Source of the DNA: Promethearchaeia archaeon
GTDB lineage: Archaea; Asgardarchaeota; Lokiarchaeia; Sigyniarchaeales; SOKP01
Reading direction: 5' to 3'
Length of the DNA: 64,000 nucleotides
Assembly: GCA_029856045.1 (NCBI GenBank)
Contig: JAHQWG010000016.1
Coordinates: forward strand, 192,001 to 256,000
In this document: positions 1 to 10,626 of the stretch, piece by piece
Position numbering within the stretch: position 1 is the first letter of the stretch
Layout: every line of letters begins with the position of its first letter
The notes under the pieces: model-generated
What the model saw: only the letters and a program-made list of their open reading frames with translations
Databases searched by the model: none
Told to the model about the DNA's origin: nothing
Made by a program: the position numbers and the translations under genes

Positions 1-275
1 GCATGATATCCAGAACCAGTTCCAATTTCAAGTAAATTGTTACCTTCTTTTAGATCTAAATATTCACACATCATAGCATTCATATGGGGGGCACTTATTG
101 TTTGTCCATAACCAATTGTTAAAGGGGTATCAATATAAGCCATTTTTTTATTATCCTCTGAAAGAAATAATTCTCGAGGAACATTTAACATCGCGTTTAT
201 TACCGATTTCTTATTTAAATACCTTCCTTTTTTTAATCCTTCGATTAATTCATACTTTTTCTGAATAATATCCAT
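1..275 (-). CDS. pcm: Protein-L-isoaspartate O-methyltransferase (runs off window start)
   Basis: Manual translation [17 protein letters not shown]...VPRELF...[20 protein letters not shown]...[12 protein letters not shown] has the PIMT motifs GQTISAPHM and LEIGTGSGY; not in ORF track. Confidence 0.93.
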   Translation of the reverse strand, partial: MDIIQKKYELIEGLKKGRYLNKKSVINAMLNVPRELFLSEDNKKMAYIDTPLTIGYGQTISAPHMNAMMCEYLDLKEGNNLLEIGTGSGYH

Positions 276-292
276 TTTTTTTACCCTTTATT

Positions 293-1234
293 TTAAAATA
301 AATTCTCATTCCTCTCTTCTAAAAAAGCTAAAATTTCTTTATGTGTTGGCATACCTGTTCGAGCCCCAAGCTTACCAATTTTAATTCCCGCTGCGGCATT
401 TGCATATTTACATGCTTTAACCAAATCCCATCCCTTAATCCAATAGGCAACTGAAAATGCACCGATAAAAGTATCACCAGCACCAGTAGTATCTATTACT
501 TTATTTATGTTATAGGATGAAATTACTTTTTGAAAATTCTCTGTCGATATTAATGCACCTTGACTCCCAAGTGTAATTATCACGAGAGGTATTCCTTTTT
601 TTGTAAGAAAACTCGCAGCTTCCTTGGGAGAATTTGTTTTTGTTATTGACATTGCCCCTTCTTTATTAGGTAATAAAACATCTACATTTTGAATTATTTT
701 TTTTAATTTGTTCCATCCCCTTACAGCAATCTGTGACTCAAGATCAAGAGAAATCTTTACGTTATTTTTCTTTGCAATTTTGATTGCTTCCTCTGTTAGT
801 TCATGATAAATTGCTGTAGTATGTAATAATTTTGAAGAAGCGATATAATCATTATCTAGATCCTTTATTGAGAGAGAATATTGCATATAAGGAGATTGAA
901 TTATTATTTTTTCTCCACTATTTGAAGCTACAATGATGAAATTAACTGGTGTTTTAAGATCTCCCTTTTTATAAGTATATTTTGTATCTACACCTTCATT
1001 TTTAAGATCTTTAATTAAAAACTCACCATTCTCATCTTGTCCTACAGCTCCAATAAATCCAGAAAATACACCTAATCTTGTTGTAGCAACTAAAAAGTTT
1101 GCCGTTACTCCACCACCAAATATTTCTTGGTGAAAAGAATCAATTTTCTCGTCTGGCTTAGGAAAATGAGGAATTTGGGCTACCCAGTCTACTACAATTT
1201 CTCCTAATCCTAATATTTCTGGTGAATTTAGCAT
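293..1234 (-). CDS. PfkB/ribokinase-family carbohydrate kinase
   Basis: N-terminal GG...N motif, PNKEG, C-terminal DTTGAGDTF PfkB signature. Confidence 0.9.
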   Translation of the reverse strand: MLNSPEILGLGEIVVDWVAQIPHFPKPDEKIDSFHQEIFGGGVTANFLVATTRLGVFSGFIGAVGQDENGEFLIKDLKNEGVDTKYTYKKGDLKTPVNFIIVASNSGEKIIIQSPYMQYSLSIKDLDNDYIASSKLLHTTAIYHELTEEAIKIAKKNNVKISLDLESQIAVRGWNKLKKIIQNVDVLLPNKEGAMSITKTNSPKEAASFLTKKGIPLVIITLGSQGALISTENFQKVISSYNINKVIDTTGAGDTFIGAFSVAYWIKGWDLVKACKYANAAAGIKIGKLGARTGMPTHKEILAFLEERNENLF

Positions 1235-1376
1235 ATTATTTAATTTAATGAACTATTGAATTACAATTAAATTGATTAGCTTAATTAGATTTTTATTTTA
1301 ATCTAATTATGTTTTCATTTATATTATTTGTGGAAAAAAAAAATCCAATTAATGAATTAAAATATAGATTATTGAA

Positions 1377-3098
1377 TTAACTTTCAATTTCTTTAACGAT
1401 GTGTTTCAATTCAAGTATTGGATCTACTTCTTTAAAATCATATACGTTTATTTCATAATTATTACTAAAATCATTAAACTTGCATTTTCCATTAATAATA
1501 ATTTCTTTACCTAATAATTTTTCAGAGATTTTTTTTAAATAATCTTCAAACTCAGGAGTTTCTTTTATAAGAACTAAATCAGAAGTTTTCACTCCTAAAA
1601 TTTTTTCTGCCAGATCTCCAATAAAACTCCCTCTTATTGTCCCAGATTCATCATCTAATATTAAATTCAAAATCATTCTGGGAATAAAATCTTTTTTTAT
1701 ATCACAGGTACAATTCTCAACTTTTTTGAAACAATCAGGACAAGAATTATAAACAGTAATATTAGAAATTTCTTTAGCAATAAAGCCCTTCACTTCGAAT
1801 CTCCCAGAAGAATTTATTTCTGAAATTTTTGTATATTTTCCCGAAAATTTAGTCTTATCTGTTCGTTGAGCTGAATAATCTTGGGAAATATTTTTAACAT
1901 CTTGAATTTCTAAATCAATTTTATCAATCTCTGATGTTGTCGTAAATGAAACCTCATTTCTTGAAGAAAATGAATTAAATTTAACTAAAACATTTTTTAA
2001 TGATACACCATCACCTAATTTAAGAATATCTGAAAATTTATCTGCTGTATCTCTCCATAATGATACTCTAATTGCGTCAGTATCATCACTCACGAAAAAA
2101 TTTAAAAGGGATATTTCTTCATTATTTTTTAATTTAACTTTTTTTAGATTATCAATTTGAGTAATAATTCCTTGAAAATTAACAAAACCTTGACTTTTTT
2201 GGAGCAGGTTAATTTTTAAAAATTTTTTCTCCATTTTTGTAATTTTCTCTTTTCTTATTTGTGAAGTTTTTCCAAAATATAAATCAATTTTTTCTGGATT
2301 TCTATTATTTTGTTTAGGATATAAATTTGAAATATTAACAAAATCTCCCATATTGTAATCAGATAATTTCTCCTCATCTTGATTCCAAAAAGTAACTGTG
2401 ATTATACCCGTAGAATCACCAATGATTAGAGAACGAACTTTTCCAATTTCACCATCATTCCTCTTAAATTCATGTTTTGGATATATTTGCGAGATTTCTC
2501 CAGCGATAGTAATTGATCTTAAATTTAAATTAATATCTTTAATAGAAATTACTTGTTCTTTAATTTCTGGATATTTCTTATAATCAACATCATCAGGAGA
2601 TAGAATAATTCTACTATTTCTACCTATATGGACTTCTTTTTCATTATATCTCCCTATTTTAACATTCGCATTAATGATTTTGACTAATTCATTTTTCTGA
2701 AAATAATCATTTTCAATTATTTTTGTTTTCTCATCCCAAAGAACAATACGTATATCTCCGGTTGGGTCATGAAGTAAAAAAGAACCAACCAAGCCTAAAG
2801 TTCCATCCTTTCTTGTAAAATTATTAACTGGATAAATTTCTCTTATTCTTCCGATCAATGAGAGATTTTTCAGATTTAACGAAATATCACTGATATTTAT
2901 TTCTATTTTCTCTGAAGTAATTTTATTTTTATTTTGTATTTCCACCCCCAATTCCTTGGCGACAATAAAAAGAGCTCCTTCATCAGAAATTAACCCCTTT
3001 AAGGCTATTTTTTTTTCTTCCATTCGTTTTTGTATTTCTTTCTTACTTAAACCCGTTTTTTGGATAATTTTATTTATATATTCTTCGTTTTCGCTCAT
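1377..3098 (-). CDS. Replication protein A large subunit (multiple OB folds, C-terminal Zn finger)
   Basis: Repeated D-x-T/S-G-x-I OB-fold motifs (DPTGDIRIVLW, DSTGIITVTFW, DDTDAIRVSLW, DESGTIR), CPDC...C Zn motif, N-terminal GLISDEGAL archaeal RPA motif. Confidence 0.88.
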   Translation of the reverse strand: MSENEEYINKIIQKTGLSKKEIQKRMEEKKIALKGLISDEGALFIVAKELGVEIQNKNKITSEKIEINISDISLNLKNLSLIGRIREIYPVNNFTRKDGTLGLVGSFLLHDPTGDIRIVLWDEKTKIIENDYFQKNELVKIINANVKIGRYNEKEVHIGRNSRIILSPDDVDYKKYPEIKEQVISIKDINLNLRSITIAGEISQIYPKHEFKRNDGEIGKVRSLIIGDSTGIITVTFWNQDEEKLSDYNMGDFVNISNLYPKQNNRNPEKIDLYFGKTSQIRKEKITKMEKKFLKINLLQKSQGFVNFQGIITQIDNLKKVKLKNNEEISLLNFFVSDDTDAIRVSLWRDTADKFSDILKLGDGVSLKNVLVKFNSFSSRNEVSFTTTSEIDKIDLEIQDVKNISQDYSAQRTDKTKFSGKYTKISEINSSGRFEVKGFIAKEISNITVYNSCPDCFKKVENCTCDIKKDFIPRMILNLILDDESGTIRGSFIGDLAEKILGVKTSDLVLIKETPEFEDYLKKISEKLLGKEIIINGKCKFNDFSNNYEINVYDFKEVDPILELKHIVKEIES

Positions 3099-3349
3099 AT
3101 CTCTTAAACATCCTTTTGATTATTATTTTCATTAAAAAAATGTATGATTTTAATAAAATTTCATTATTACAAATCTTTTAAAAGGTATTACTTCTGTAAA
3201 TTAATAATTTATTATTATTATCATAATAAGTAAAAAAATAACTTGAAAAAATTTAAAAAATAAAAAAAAATTGTCAATTTTTTTTTCCTACGATTTTATT
3301 AATTTTTCATTATTGATCTTTTTAAATTAAAAAGAGCTTTTTATTTCTA

Positions 3350-4105
3350 ATGAGAATTATACCTGTCATTGATCTCTTAAATTCAATGGTTGTACATGCC
3401 GTTGCTGGCAAAAGGGAAACTTATACTCCATTATTTTCAGTTTTAATAAAGGATTCTTCAGATCCCATTAAATTAATTGAAGCGTATATTGAAAAATTAT
3501 CAGTGTCCGAGATCTACATTGCAGATTTGGATTCTATAATAAAAAATACTCCAAATCTTGATATAATAAAAAATATCATTAATACTTTTGATGTAGATGT
3601 ATTATTAGATCCTGGAATAAAATCTGAGCAAGATATTTGGAAATTCTATGAATTAGGAATAAAAAAGTTAATTCTTGGAACGGAAACAATTCTATGTATG
3701 AAAATTATTGAAAATGCTCTTGATATATTCAAACAGAGAGATATTATTGTAAGTATTGATTTAAAAAATAATCTACTTTTAACAAATAGTCAAGAAATCA
3801 AAAATCTTAGCCCTTTTCAATTTATTAAGCAAATTCAAAAATTTGGGGTTTCAGAAGCTATTCTTTTAGATTTATCAAGAGTAGGCAAAAAAACAGGAAA
3901 TATTCCCAGAGAATTTCTCGAAATCCGTAATAACACAGAGATTTCTCTTTTAATAGGAGGGGGTATTAAAGATTTTGATGATATTCTTAAAATTGAAAAA
4001 TATAATTTTTCAGGAGTCTTACTTGCTACGGCAATTCATGAAGGATTAATTAAGCCTCAACAAATTAAAAATTATATATTATCTTCTCTAAGGTCGATTA
4101 AATAA
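3350..4105 (+). CDS. HisA/HisF-related TIM-barrel protein (type associated with methanofuran/H4MPT C1 pathways)
   Basis: IIPVIDL...VVHAVAG, YIADLD, LLDLSRVG, GGGI motifs; near mfnB. Confidence 0.75.
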   Translation: MRIIPVIDLLNSMVVHAVAGKRETYTPLFSVLIKDSSDPIKLIEAYIEKLSVSEIYIADLDSIIKNTPNLDIIKNIINTFDVDVLLDPGIKSEQDIWKFYELGIKKLILGTETILCMKIIENALDIFKQRDIIVSIDLKNNLLLTNSQEIKNLSPFQFIKQIQKFGVSEAILLDLSRVGKKTGNIPREFLEIRNNTEISLLIGGGIKDFDDILKIEKYNFSGVLLATAIHEGLIKPQQIKNYILSSLRSIK

Positions 4106-4639
4106 TTATTCTGTTATATAAATCTGGTTATCTTCAGATATTTCTAGTGCTTTTTTACATACTGGACAGGATTTTTTCATCTTTACCCATTCAAAGAAAT
4201 GATTTTTATGAGCCTTTGCACCACAAATTGGACAAATCACCTGTTCATCGAAGATTTCTATACTTTTTTCACAAACTGGGCATTTAATCCTGGATGTAGT
4301 TGATATTTTTATTAAATTTTTTCTTGGATCTAAAATTACCTTTTCTGTATTATCAGGTGTTGGAGTAATTGTTCTCATCTGACTACCTGTATCAAAACAA
4401 AATATACTACCCTCACTGGAATCTTTTCTGTTTCCCAACCACACAAGTTTTCCCTTTGCGAAAATATTACCATTTCGTTCTAATGCTAAATTTATATTTT
4501 GATTTTCTATAACATAGGTTTGAATAACTTTCGTAAACGTTATACTATCAAAATTCTCAGTCATTTGCTTTATTATTTCTAATGGCTCTTTAAATACTTC
4601 CTTTGATATTTCTAAAACTGCTTTTTCTTTTCCAGGCAT
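4106..4639 (-). CDS. RING-finger domain protein (putative E3 ligase-like)
   Basis: C-terminal CPVC..CPIC..HKNH..EW..CPVC RING-like pattern. Confidence 0.7.
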   Translation of the reverse strand: MPGKEKAVLEISKEVFKEPLEIIKQMTENFDSITFTKVIQTYVIENQNINLALERNGNIFAKGKLVWLGNRKDSSEGSIFCFDTGSQMRTITPTPDNTEKVILDPRKNLIKISTTSRIKCPVCEKSIEIFDEQVICPICGAKAHKNHFFEWVKMKKSCPVCKKALEISEDNQIYITE

Positions 4640-4903
4640 AAAATTAAATCACATTTCTTTTTTATAATAAGATAATCTAAATTTGGGTTTTTAATTATTT
4701 TTAATTTTTATTAATCTCTATTGATTTTTTTTAATGTTATTTAAGGGTTTTAAAAATAATGAAGTAAATAAGAAATAAAAAAATTTTATATTATTTTCAA
4801 TAAATTTTAAAATTAAGTAATAAAACAAAAATTAAATTAAGATTTTTATTATATTAATATTAAGTTGTAATTTATATTATAGATTCCTCTAACGGATTAA
4901 AAA

Positions 4904-5635
4904 ATGAAGAGTAATCGAATATTACTACTCGTGAGTCCACGGAATATTGAAGAAGCATTAGAAGTAATTAATTCCAATGCAGAATTTATTGATTGTAAAA
5001 ATCCATCTGAAGGATCTTTAGGAGCTAACACTCCAAAAATGATTCAGAGTATGAAAAGCATAATTCCTAAAAATAGTAACAAAATATTAAGTGCAACAAT
5101 TGGTGATTTTCCAAATTTACCTTGTTCAGCAGCATTAGCGGCACTAGGTGCTGCTTATTCTGGTGCAGATGTAATTAAGGTCGGAATAATGGGACCTAAA
5201 AACCTGCAAGAAGCAATTCTATTAATGAAAAGTGTTGTTAATGCAGTAAAAACTTATGATAAGAGAATTTTAGTGGTGGCTGCCGGATATGCTGATCAAA
5301 AAAGAATAAACACATCTCCTGATCCCATGTTAATTCCAGAAATTGCTGTAAGAACCGGGTGTGATATTGCAATGCTTGATACTGCTATAAAAGATGGAAA
5401 AGGATTATTTGATTTTTTAAGTATCGAATCTTTAATTAAATTTAAAAAAGAAGTAAAAAAGCATAATCTGTCTGTTGCTTTAGCAGGAAACCTAAAAATG
5501 AAAGATATTGATGATATTAAAAAAATCAAACCAGATATTATTGGGGTCCGTTCACTTGTGTGTACAAATAATGATCGTAATAATGGAAGTATTAAGAAAG
5601 ATCTTATCGAAAAATTGTGGAAAACATTAAATTAA
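4904..5635 (+). CDS. mfnB: (5-formylfuran-3-yl)methyl phosphate synthase (methanofuran biosynthesis)
   Basis: LLVSP..EA, IDCKNPSEGSLGAN, SATIGD, MLDTAIKDG, LAG, IIGVR motifs of the DUF556/MfnB family. Confidence 0.9.
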   Translation: MKSNRILLLVSPRNIEEALEVINSNAEFIDCKNPSEGSLGANTPKMIQSMKSIIPKNSNKILSATIGDFPNLPCSAALAALGAAYSGADVIKVGIMGPKNLQEAILLMKSVVNAVKTYDKRILVVAAGYADQKRINTSPDPMLIPEIAVRTGCDIAMLDTAIKDGKGLFDFLSIESLIKFKKEVKKHNLSVALAGNLKMKDIDDIKKIKPDIIGVRSLVCTNNDRNNGSIKKDLIEKLWKTLN

Positions 5636-6144
5636 TGAAGATAACAATGAATAATAACAGAACACATAAAAAAATCAAAGTAGCGGAAACTAGTGACTAT
5701 TTTTTTATAGAACTTTGTGCCAAAGAATATATTGATCTAATAAAGAATTTTAAGAAAAAATTTGAAAATAATGACTTTTTTATTCTAATTGGCTATTATG
5801 AAAATAATGTTGCAGGAGTTCTAGTAAGTGAAAGAAATAATGTAGTTAAATCTATTAAAGATATTTTACCGGCTATACAAATTCATTTTGTATATGTTAA
5901 TCCAGCATTTAGAGGGAAGAAAATAGGTCATAATTTACTAAATGAATTTGTTAATATTAAAAAAAGAAATAATATTGCTTTAATATTTGTAGAACTCTTT
6001 AAAAATAATAAAAAAGGAATGAAATTTTTTGAAAAATTTGGTTTTCAAAAAGTAAAAATTGATGCTGCTAAAGTTATTCTTACAAAGAATATTTGGGACG
6101 ACCTAGGAATAAGTTCTCAAGAATTCTTTGACATTTTTACATAA
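5617..6144 (+). CDS. GNAT-family N-acetyltransferase
   Basis: YVNPAFRGKKIG acetyl-CoA motif, N..GMKFFEKFGF; real start may be a downstream ATG. Confidence 0.8.
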   Translation: MENIKLMKITMNNNRTHKKIKVAETSDYFFIELCAKEYIDLIKNFKKKFENNDFFILIGYYENNVAGVLVSERNNVVKSIKDILPAIQIHFVYVNPAFRGKKIGHNLLNEFVNIKKRNNIALIFVELFKNNKKGMKFFEKFGFQKVKIDAAKVILTKNIWDDLGISSQEFFDIFT

Positions 6145-6267
6145 AATTCTCATTTTTCTTTGTACTTTTTCTAAAATCTTATTTTTATATCACTAAAAAT
6201 GGATAGAAAACCTTTTTTTGGATATTCCACTTAAATCAATTAAAAAAATATTTTATTCAAATTATAA

Positions 6268-7095
6268 TTGATATTGGATATGTTTAAAAAAGAATTGGGA
6301 ATTATTGGTACTGGCAATATTGGATTATCCTTATTAAATGGTATAATTAAATCAAAAATTATTGAAAAACAAAAAATTATAATATATGATATTAAAAAAG
6401 ATATTCTAAATCAATGTTCCAACCAGTTTAATGTAGAAATTGCACAAAATAATACCGATTTAGCTCATAAGAGTAAATATATATTAATCGCAGTTAAACC
6501 ACAAGTAATAAATACGGTTCTAGAAGAAATTGGATCTGTAGTTGATGAACAACAAATAATAATCTCTATTGTAGCAGGAATCCCAATTAAATATCTTTCT
6601 ACGTTTTTTAAAAAAGATGTAGGTTTATCAAGAGTAATGACTAATACACCTGCTTTAATTGGTTGTGGGGCATCTGCAATCTCTAATAATGGAAAAATGC
6701 ATGAAGAAAATCTTAATTTTGTAAAAAAAATTTTTAATGCAGTAGGGATAGTTGTAGAATTAGATGAAAGACATCTTGATGCTGTAACAGGATTATCAGG
6801 TAGCGGTCCTGCATATATATTTTTGATCATTGAGGCTTTAGCTGATGGTGGAGTTAAAATGGGGTTATCACGTGATGTATCTTTACAATTAGCTGCCCAG
6901 ACTGTTTTAGGTGCAGCAAAATTGGTTATAAAAACTGGAAAACACCCGGCACTTCTAAAAGACATGGTAGCTACTCCTGGAGGTACGACAATTGATGCAT
7001 TGCACATGTTAGAAATTGGAAATATTAGATCTATTTTAATTGATGCAGTCGAAACTGCAACCATCAAATCCCGAAAACTTGGTTCAAAGGAGTAA
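6268..7095 (+). CDS. proC: Pyrroline-5-carboxylate reductase
   Basis: GIIGTGNIG, AVKPQ, RVMTNTP, TGLSGSGPAY, TPGGTT; likely ATG start at 6280. Confidence 0.96.
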   Translation: MILDMFKKELGIIGTGNIGLSLLNGIIKSKIIEKQKIIIYDIKKDILNQCSNQFNVEIAQNNTDLAHKSKYILIAVKPQVINTVLEEIGSVVDEQQIIISIVAGIPIKYLSTFFKKDVGLSRVMTNTPALIGCGASAISNNGKMHEENLNFVKKIFNAVGIVVELDERHLDAVTGLSGSGPAYIFLIIEALADGGVKMGLSRDVSLQLAAQTVLGAAKLVIKTGKHPALLKDMVATPGGTTIDALHMLEIGNIRSILIDAVETATIKSRKLGSKE

Positions 7096-7388
7096 TTATA
7101 ATTTGATTGTAAATTGCAATCTTAAGCCCAATAATAAAATAAAAATATAGTTATTATCACTAATTTTCACATTATTTTATCTTCTTCATAAAAAATTTAA
7201 GATATAACAGATTAATATTTAAAAATATAACGGGAAAAAAATGGGCGTTAGTTCCCAAATACTAAAAGAAAAATTTATTAAGATTGTTATTCTAATCATA
7301 TTGTTATTTATTTTGTTCAGAAATGGTAAAAATTCACGTTCTTAATGCAATTAAAAAGTAAATTTAAAAGAAAAATTTAAATATTTAG

Positions 7389-9320
7389 TTGATAGTGATG
7401 GGAGGCACTTTAACAGAAAAGATTTTAAAAAAACACCTTGTTAATGGTAAATTAGAAAAAGGTAGTAATATTGGTATAAGGATCGACCAAACCCTAACTC
7501 AAGATGCTACCGGTACTATGGCTTATTTGCAATTCGAAGCTATGGGAGTACCTCACGTTCGAACAAAATTATCTGTTAGTTATGTGGATCACAACACTTT
7601 ACAAATAGACTTCAGAAATGCAGATGATCACAGATATCTACAAAGTATTGCAGCAAAATATGGAATCTACTTTTCTCGTCCAGGAAATGGTATATGTCAT
7701 CAGCTCCATCTCGAACGTTTTGCAGTACCTGGAAAGACTTTATTAGGAAGCGATAGTCATACACCAACTGGTGGTGGGGTGGGTATGATAGCAATAGGAG
7801 CAGGTGGTCTTGATGTTGCCGCTGCTATGGCTGGAGAACCTTTTTTTTTAAAGATGCCAAAGATCGTAAATGTTCATCTTACAGGGAAACTCCCTGATTT
7901 TGTATCAGCAAAAGATGTTATTTTGGAAGTTTTACGTAGAATTGGTATTAAAGGGGCTGTTAATAAAGTTTTGGAATATACAGGTCCGGGAATAAAAACT
8001 TTATCAGTTCCTGAAAGAGGAACCATTACAAACATGGGAACAGAAACAGGAGCGACAACTTCAATATTCCCTTCTGATGAAACGACGAAAAAGTTCTTAG
8101 AAGCCCAAGAGAGAGGAGATCAATGGAATCCTTTAAAACCCGATGATGATGCTACTTATGATGAGATTATTGAAATAAATTTGAATGAGATTGAACCACT
8201 TATTGCTTTACCGCATAGTCCGGGAAATGTAAAACTAGTAAAAGAATTTGAGGGGAAGTCTGTTGATCAAATTTGTATAGGAAGCTGTACCAACTCCTCA
8301 TTAAGAGATCTTAAAATAGTTGCCAATATTTTAAAAGGAAAAACAATCAATAATCATGTTAGCTTAACAATTTCGCCAGGATCTAGACAAGTCGTAGATC
8401 ATCTCGTGAACTCTGGTGAAATATCCAATTTAGTAAAAGCAGGAGCAAGGATACTTGAGAACACGTGCGGTCCTTGCATAGGAATGGGACAGGCACCATC
8501 AACTGATGCAATATCTCTTAGGACCTTTAATAGAAACTTCCTTGGAAGATCAGGAACAAAAAGTGCCAATGTTTATTTAGTTAGTCCTGAAACTGCTGCA
8601 GTGTCGAGTATATTTGGAAAAATAACAGATCCGAGAAAGTTTGGTGAGTATCCCAAAATAGAAATGCCAGATAAATTTATAGTTAACGATAATATGATTA
8701 TATCGCCTTTAGAGGATAGTGATTCAATTGAAATCATCCGAGGACCTAATATCAAACCTCTACCTGCATTCGAACCTTTACAAGATAAACTAACAGGAGA
8801 AGTTCTATTAAAAGTAGAGGATGACATAACTACTGATCATATTATGCCAGCAGGTGCAAAAATACTCCCATTACGAAGTAATATTCCTGAAATAAGCAAA
8901 TATGTTTTTAATATTATAGATCCCACATTTCCAGATAGATCTCTACAAAAAGAAGGGGGTTTTGTTATCGGAGGTGATAATTATGGACAGGGTTCAAGTA
9001 GAGAACATGCGGCTATCGCTCCTAAATACCTAGGGCTCAAAGCTGTGATAACAAAATCATTTGCTCGTATTCATCTAGCTAACCTTGTTAATTTTGGGAT
9101 TGCACCTTTTACTTTTATAAATAAGGAAGATTATAATAAGATTGATCAAGGTGATCAACTTGATATTAATTTAAAAACCCTGGAAAGTAAAAAGATCATC
9201 ATGAAAAATCTGACAAAGAATTTAGAAATCCCTCTTACCCATTCTCTTAGTGAGATGGAAATAATTGTATTAAAGGCTGGGGGAAAATTGCCATTTATAA
9301 AAAAAAGATATGCGAGTTAA
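7389..9320 (+). CDS. acnA: Aconitate hydratase
   Basis: QDATGTMA, DSHT, GSCTN, CGPCIG cluster ligands, TTDHI, NYGQGSSREHAA; likely ATG at 7398. Confidence 0.92.
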   Translation: MIVMGGTLTEKILKKHLVNGKLEKGSNIGIRIDQTLTQDATGTMAYLQFEAMGVPHVRTKLSVSYVDHNTLQIDFRNADDHRYLQSIAAKYGIYFSRPGNGICHQLHLERFAVPGKTLLGSDSHTPTGGGVGMIAIGAGGLDVAAAMAGEPFFLKMPKIVNVHLTGKLPDFVSAKDVILEVLRRIGIKGAVNKVLEYTGPGIKTLSVPERGTITNMGTETGATTSIFPSDETTKKFLEAQERGDQWNPLKPDDDATYDEIIEINLNEIEPLIALPHSPGNVKLVKEFEGKSVDQICIGSCTNSSLRDLKIVANILKGKTINNHVSLTISPGSRQVVDHLVNSGEISNLVKAGARILENTCGPCIGMGQAPSTDAISLRTFNRNFLGRSGTKSANVYLVSPETAAVSSIFGKITDPRKFGEYPKIEMPDKFIVNDNMIISPLEDSDSIEIIRGPNIKPLPAFEPLQDKLTGEVLLKVEDDITTDHIMPAGAKILPLRSNIPEISKYVFNIIDPTFPDRSLQKEGGFVIGGDNYGQGSSREHAAIAPKYLGLKAVITKSFARIHLANLVNFGIAPFTFINKEDYNKIDQGDQLDINLKTLESKKIIMKNLTKNLEIPLTHSLSEMEIIVLKAGGKLPFIKKRYAS

Positions 9321-10622
9321 TTGGATATGGCACAAAAAAATATATATGAATATGATGCAAAAAAACTTATAGCGAGTCAATTACCTAATTATTTTCCCGA
9401 ATTTAATTACCATGAAAAATTAGCGGTAATTACTCCTGAGAAATTGGCTAATTTTGATAGATTTGTAGCAGAAAATCCATGGTTAAAAACAGATAAATTA
9501 GTGGCAAAACCAGACCAACTTTTTGGAAAGAGGGGTAAAGCTAATCTAATATTACTAGACGCTAATTTAGAACAATTAAAGAAATTTGCTGAAGAAAAAT
9601 TAGATCAGCAAATCATAATAGGAAATGTTAAAGGTGTTCTCAATCGTTTATTAATAGAACCATACATTCCCCATGAAGCTGAATACTATATATCAATAAC
9701 ATCTGATCGGTATAATGATATAATTCATTTTAGTTTTGAAGGAGGTATTTTTGTAGAAGAAAACTGGGATAAAGTAATTCATATTTCAATTCCATTTGAG
9801 AAAAATATCGAATCTTTCGATTTGGAAACAAAACTTCCTAATTTAGGAAAATTTAATGATGTATTAATTCCTTTTATTAAAGGTCTTTTTCAAGTTTATT
9901 GTGCTCAAGATTTTGCTTTTTTAGAAATTAATCCTTTTGCAATTACTGAGGATAAAAAAATTGTTCCGCTAGATTTAAAAGCTAGATTAGATGATACTGC
10001 TGCATTCTTACATATGGATACTTGGGGGAATCCAAATAACCCAATTGAATTTCCAATTGGTATTGGGCAAAAATTGGCAAAAGAAGAAGCTCTTATTAAG
10101 GATTTAGATGAAAAAACAGGTGCTTCTCTTAAATTTCAGATTTTAAATAGAGATGGACAAATTTGGACTATGGTGGCAGGTGGGGGTGCATCAGTTGTAT
10201 ATACGGATACTATAGTTGATCTAGGATATGGAGATGATTTAGGTAATTATGGTGAATATTCTGGCAATCCTTCTCGTGAGCACACTGAAATTTATGCTCA
10301 AAATATAATTGATCTTATTTCAACCAACCCAGATCCCCAAGGAAGAGAGAAATATCTTATTATTGGTGGTGGAATTGCTAATTTTACAGATGTTAAGGCA
10401 ACCTTTACTGGAATTGTTAGCGCAATTAGAAAATCTGCTAATAAATTAAAAAATGCAAAAGTTAAAATATTTGTTCGTAGGGGTGGTCCTAATGAAAAAC
10501 AAGGTCTAGAACTCATGAAGCAAGTGGGAAAAGAAACTGGCGTTCCGATTGAAGTTTACGACCGATACACACATATGACTCGAGTTGTATCAATTGCACT
10601 TAATAAAAATTTGAAGAGGTAA
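9321..10622 (+). CDS. aclB: ATP-citrate lyase beta (ATP-grasp) subunit
   Basis: KPDQLFGKRGK, LEINP, ASLK, WTMVAGGGASVVY, NYGEYSG, GGGIANFT, VRRGGPN ACL motifs. Confidence 0.94.
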   Translation: MDMAQKNIYEYDAKKLIASQLPNYFPEFNYHEKLAVITPEKLANFDRFVAENPWLKTDKLVAKPDQLFGKRGKANLILLDANLEQLKKFAEEKLDQQIIIGNVKGVLNRLLIEPYIPHEAEYYISITSDRYNDIIHFSFEGGIFVEENWDKVIHISIPFEKNIESFDLETKLPNLGKFNDVLIPFIKGLFQVYCAQDFAFLEINPFAITEDKKIVPLDLKARLDDTAAFLHMDTWGNPNNPIEFPIGIGQKLAKEEALIKDLDEKTGASLKFQILNRDGQIWTMVAGGGASVVYTDTIVDLGYGDDLGNYGEYSGNPSREHTEIYAQNIIDLISTNPDPQGREKYLIIGGGIANFTDVKATFTGIVSAIRKSANKLKNAKVKIFVRRGGPNEKQGLELMKQVGKETGVPIEVYDRYTHMTRVVSIALNKNLKR

Positions 10623-10626
10623 TAAA

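Noticed and set aside
6465-7067. 200-aa antisense ORF and similar shadows (e.g. 23679-24029, 24652-25077, 33898-34296, 44981-45577, 53411-53866)
   Set aside because: Antisense to well-supported genes and lack motifs
7232-7256. GGGAA...TTCCC hairpin upstream of aconitase, considered as an IRE-like element
   Set aside because: Only 5 bp and no CAGUGN loop
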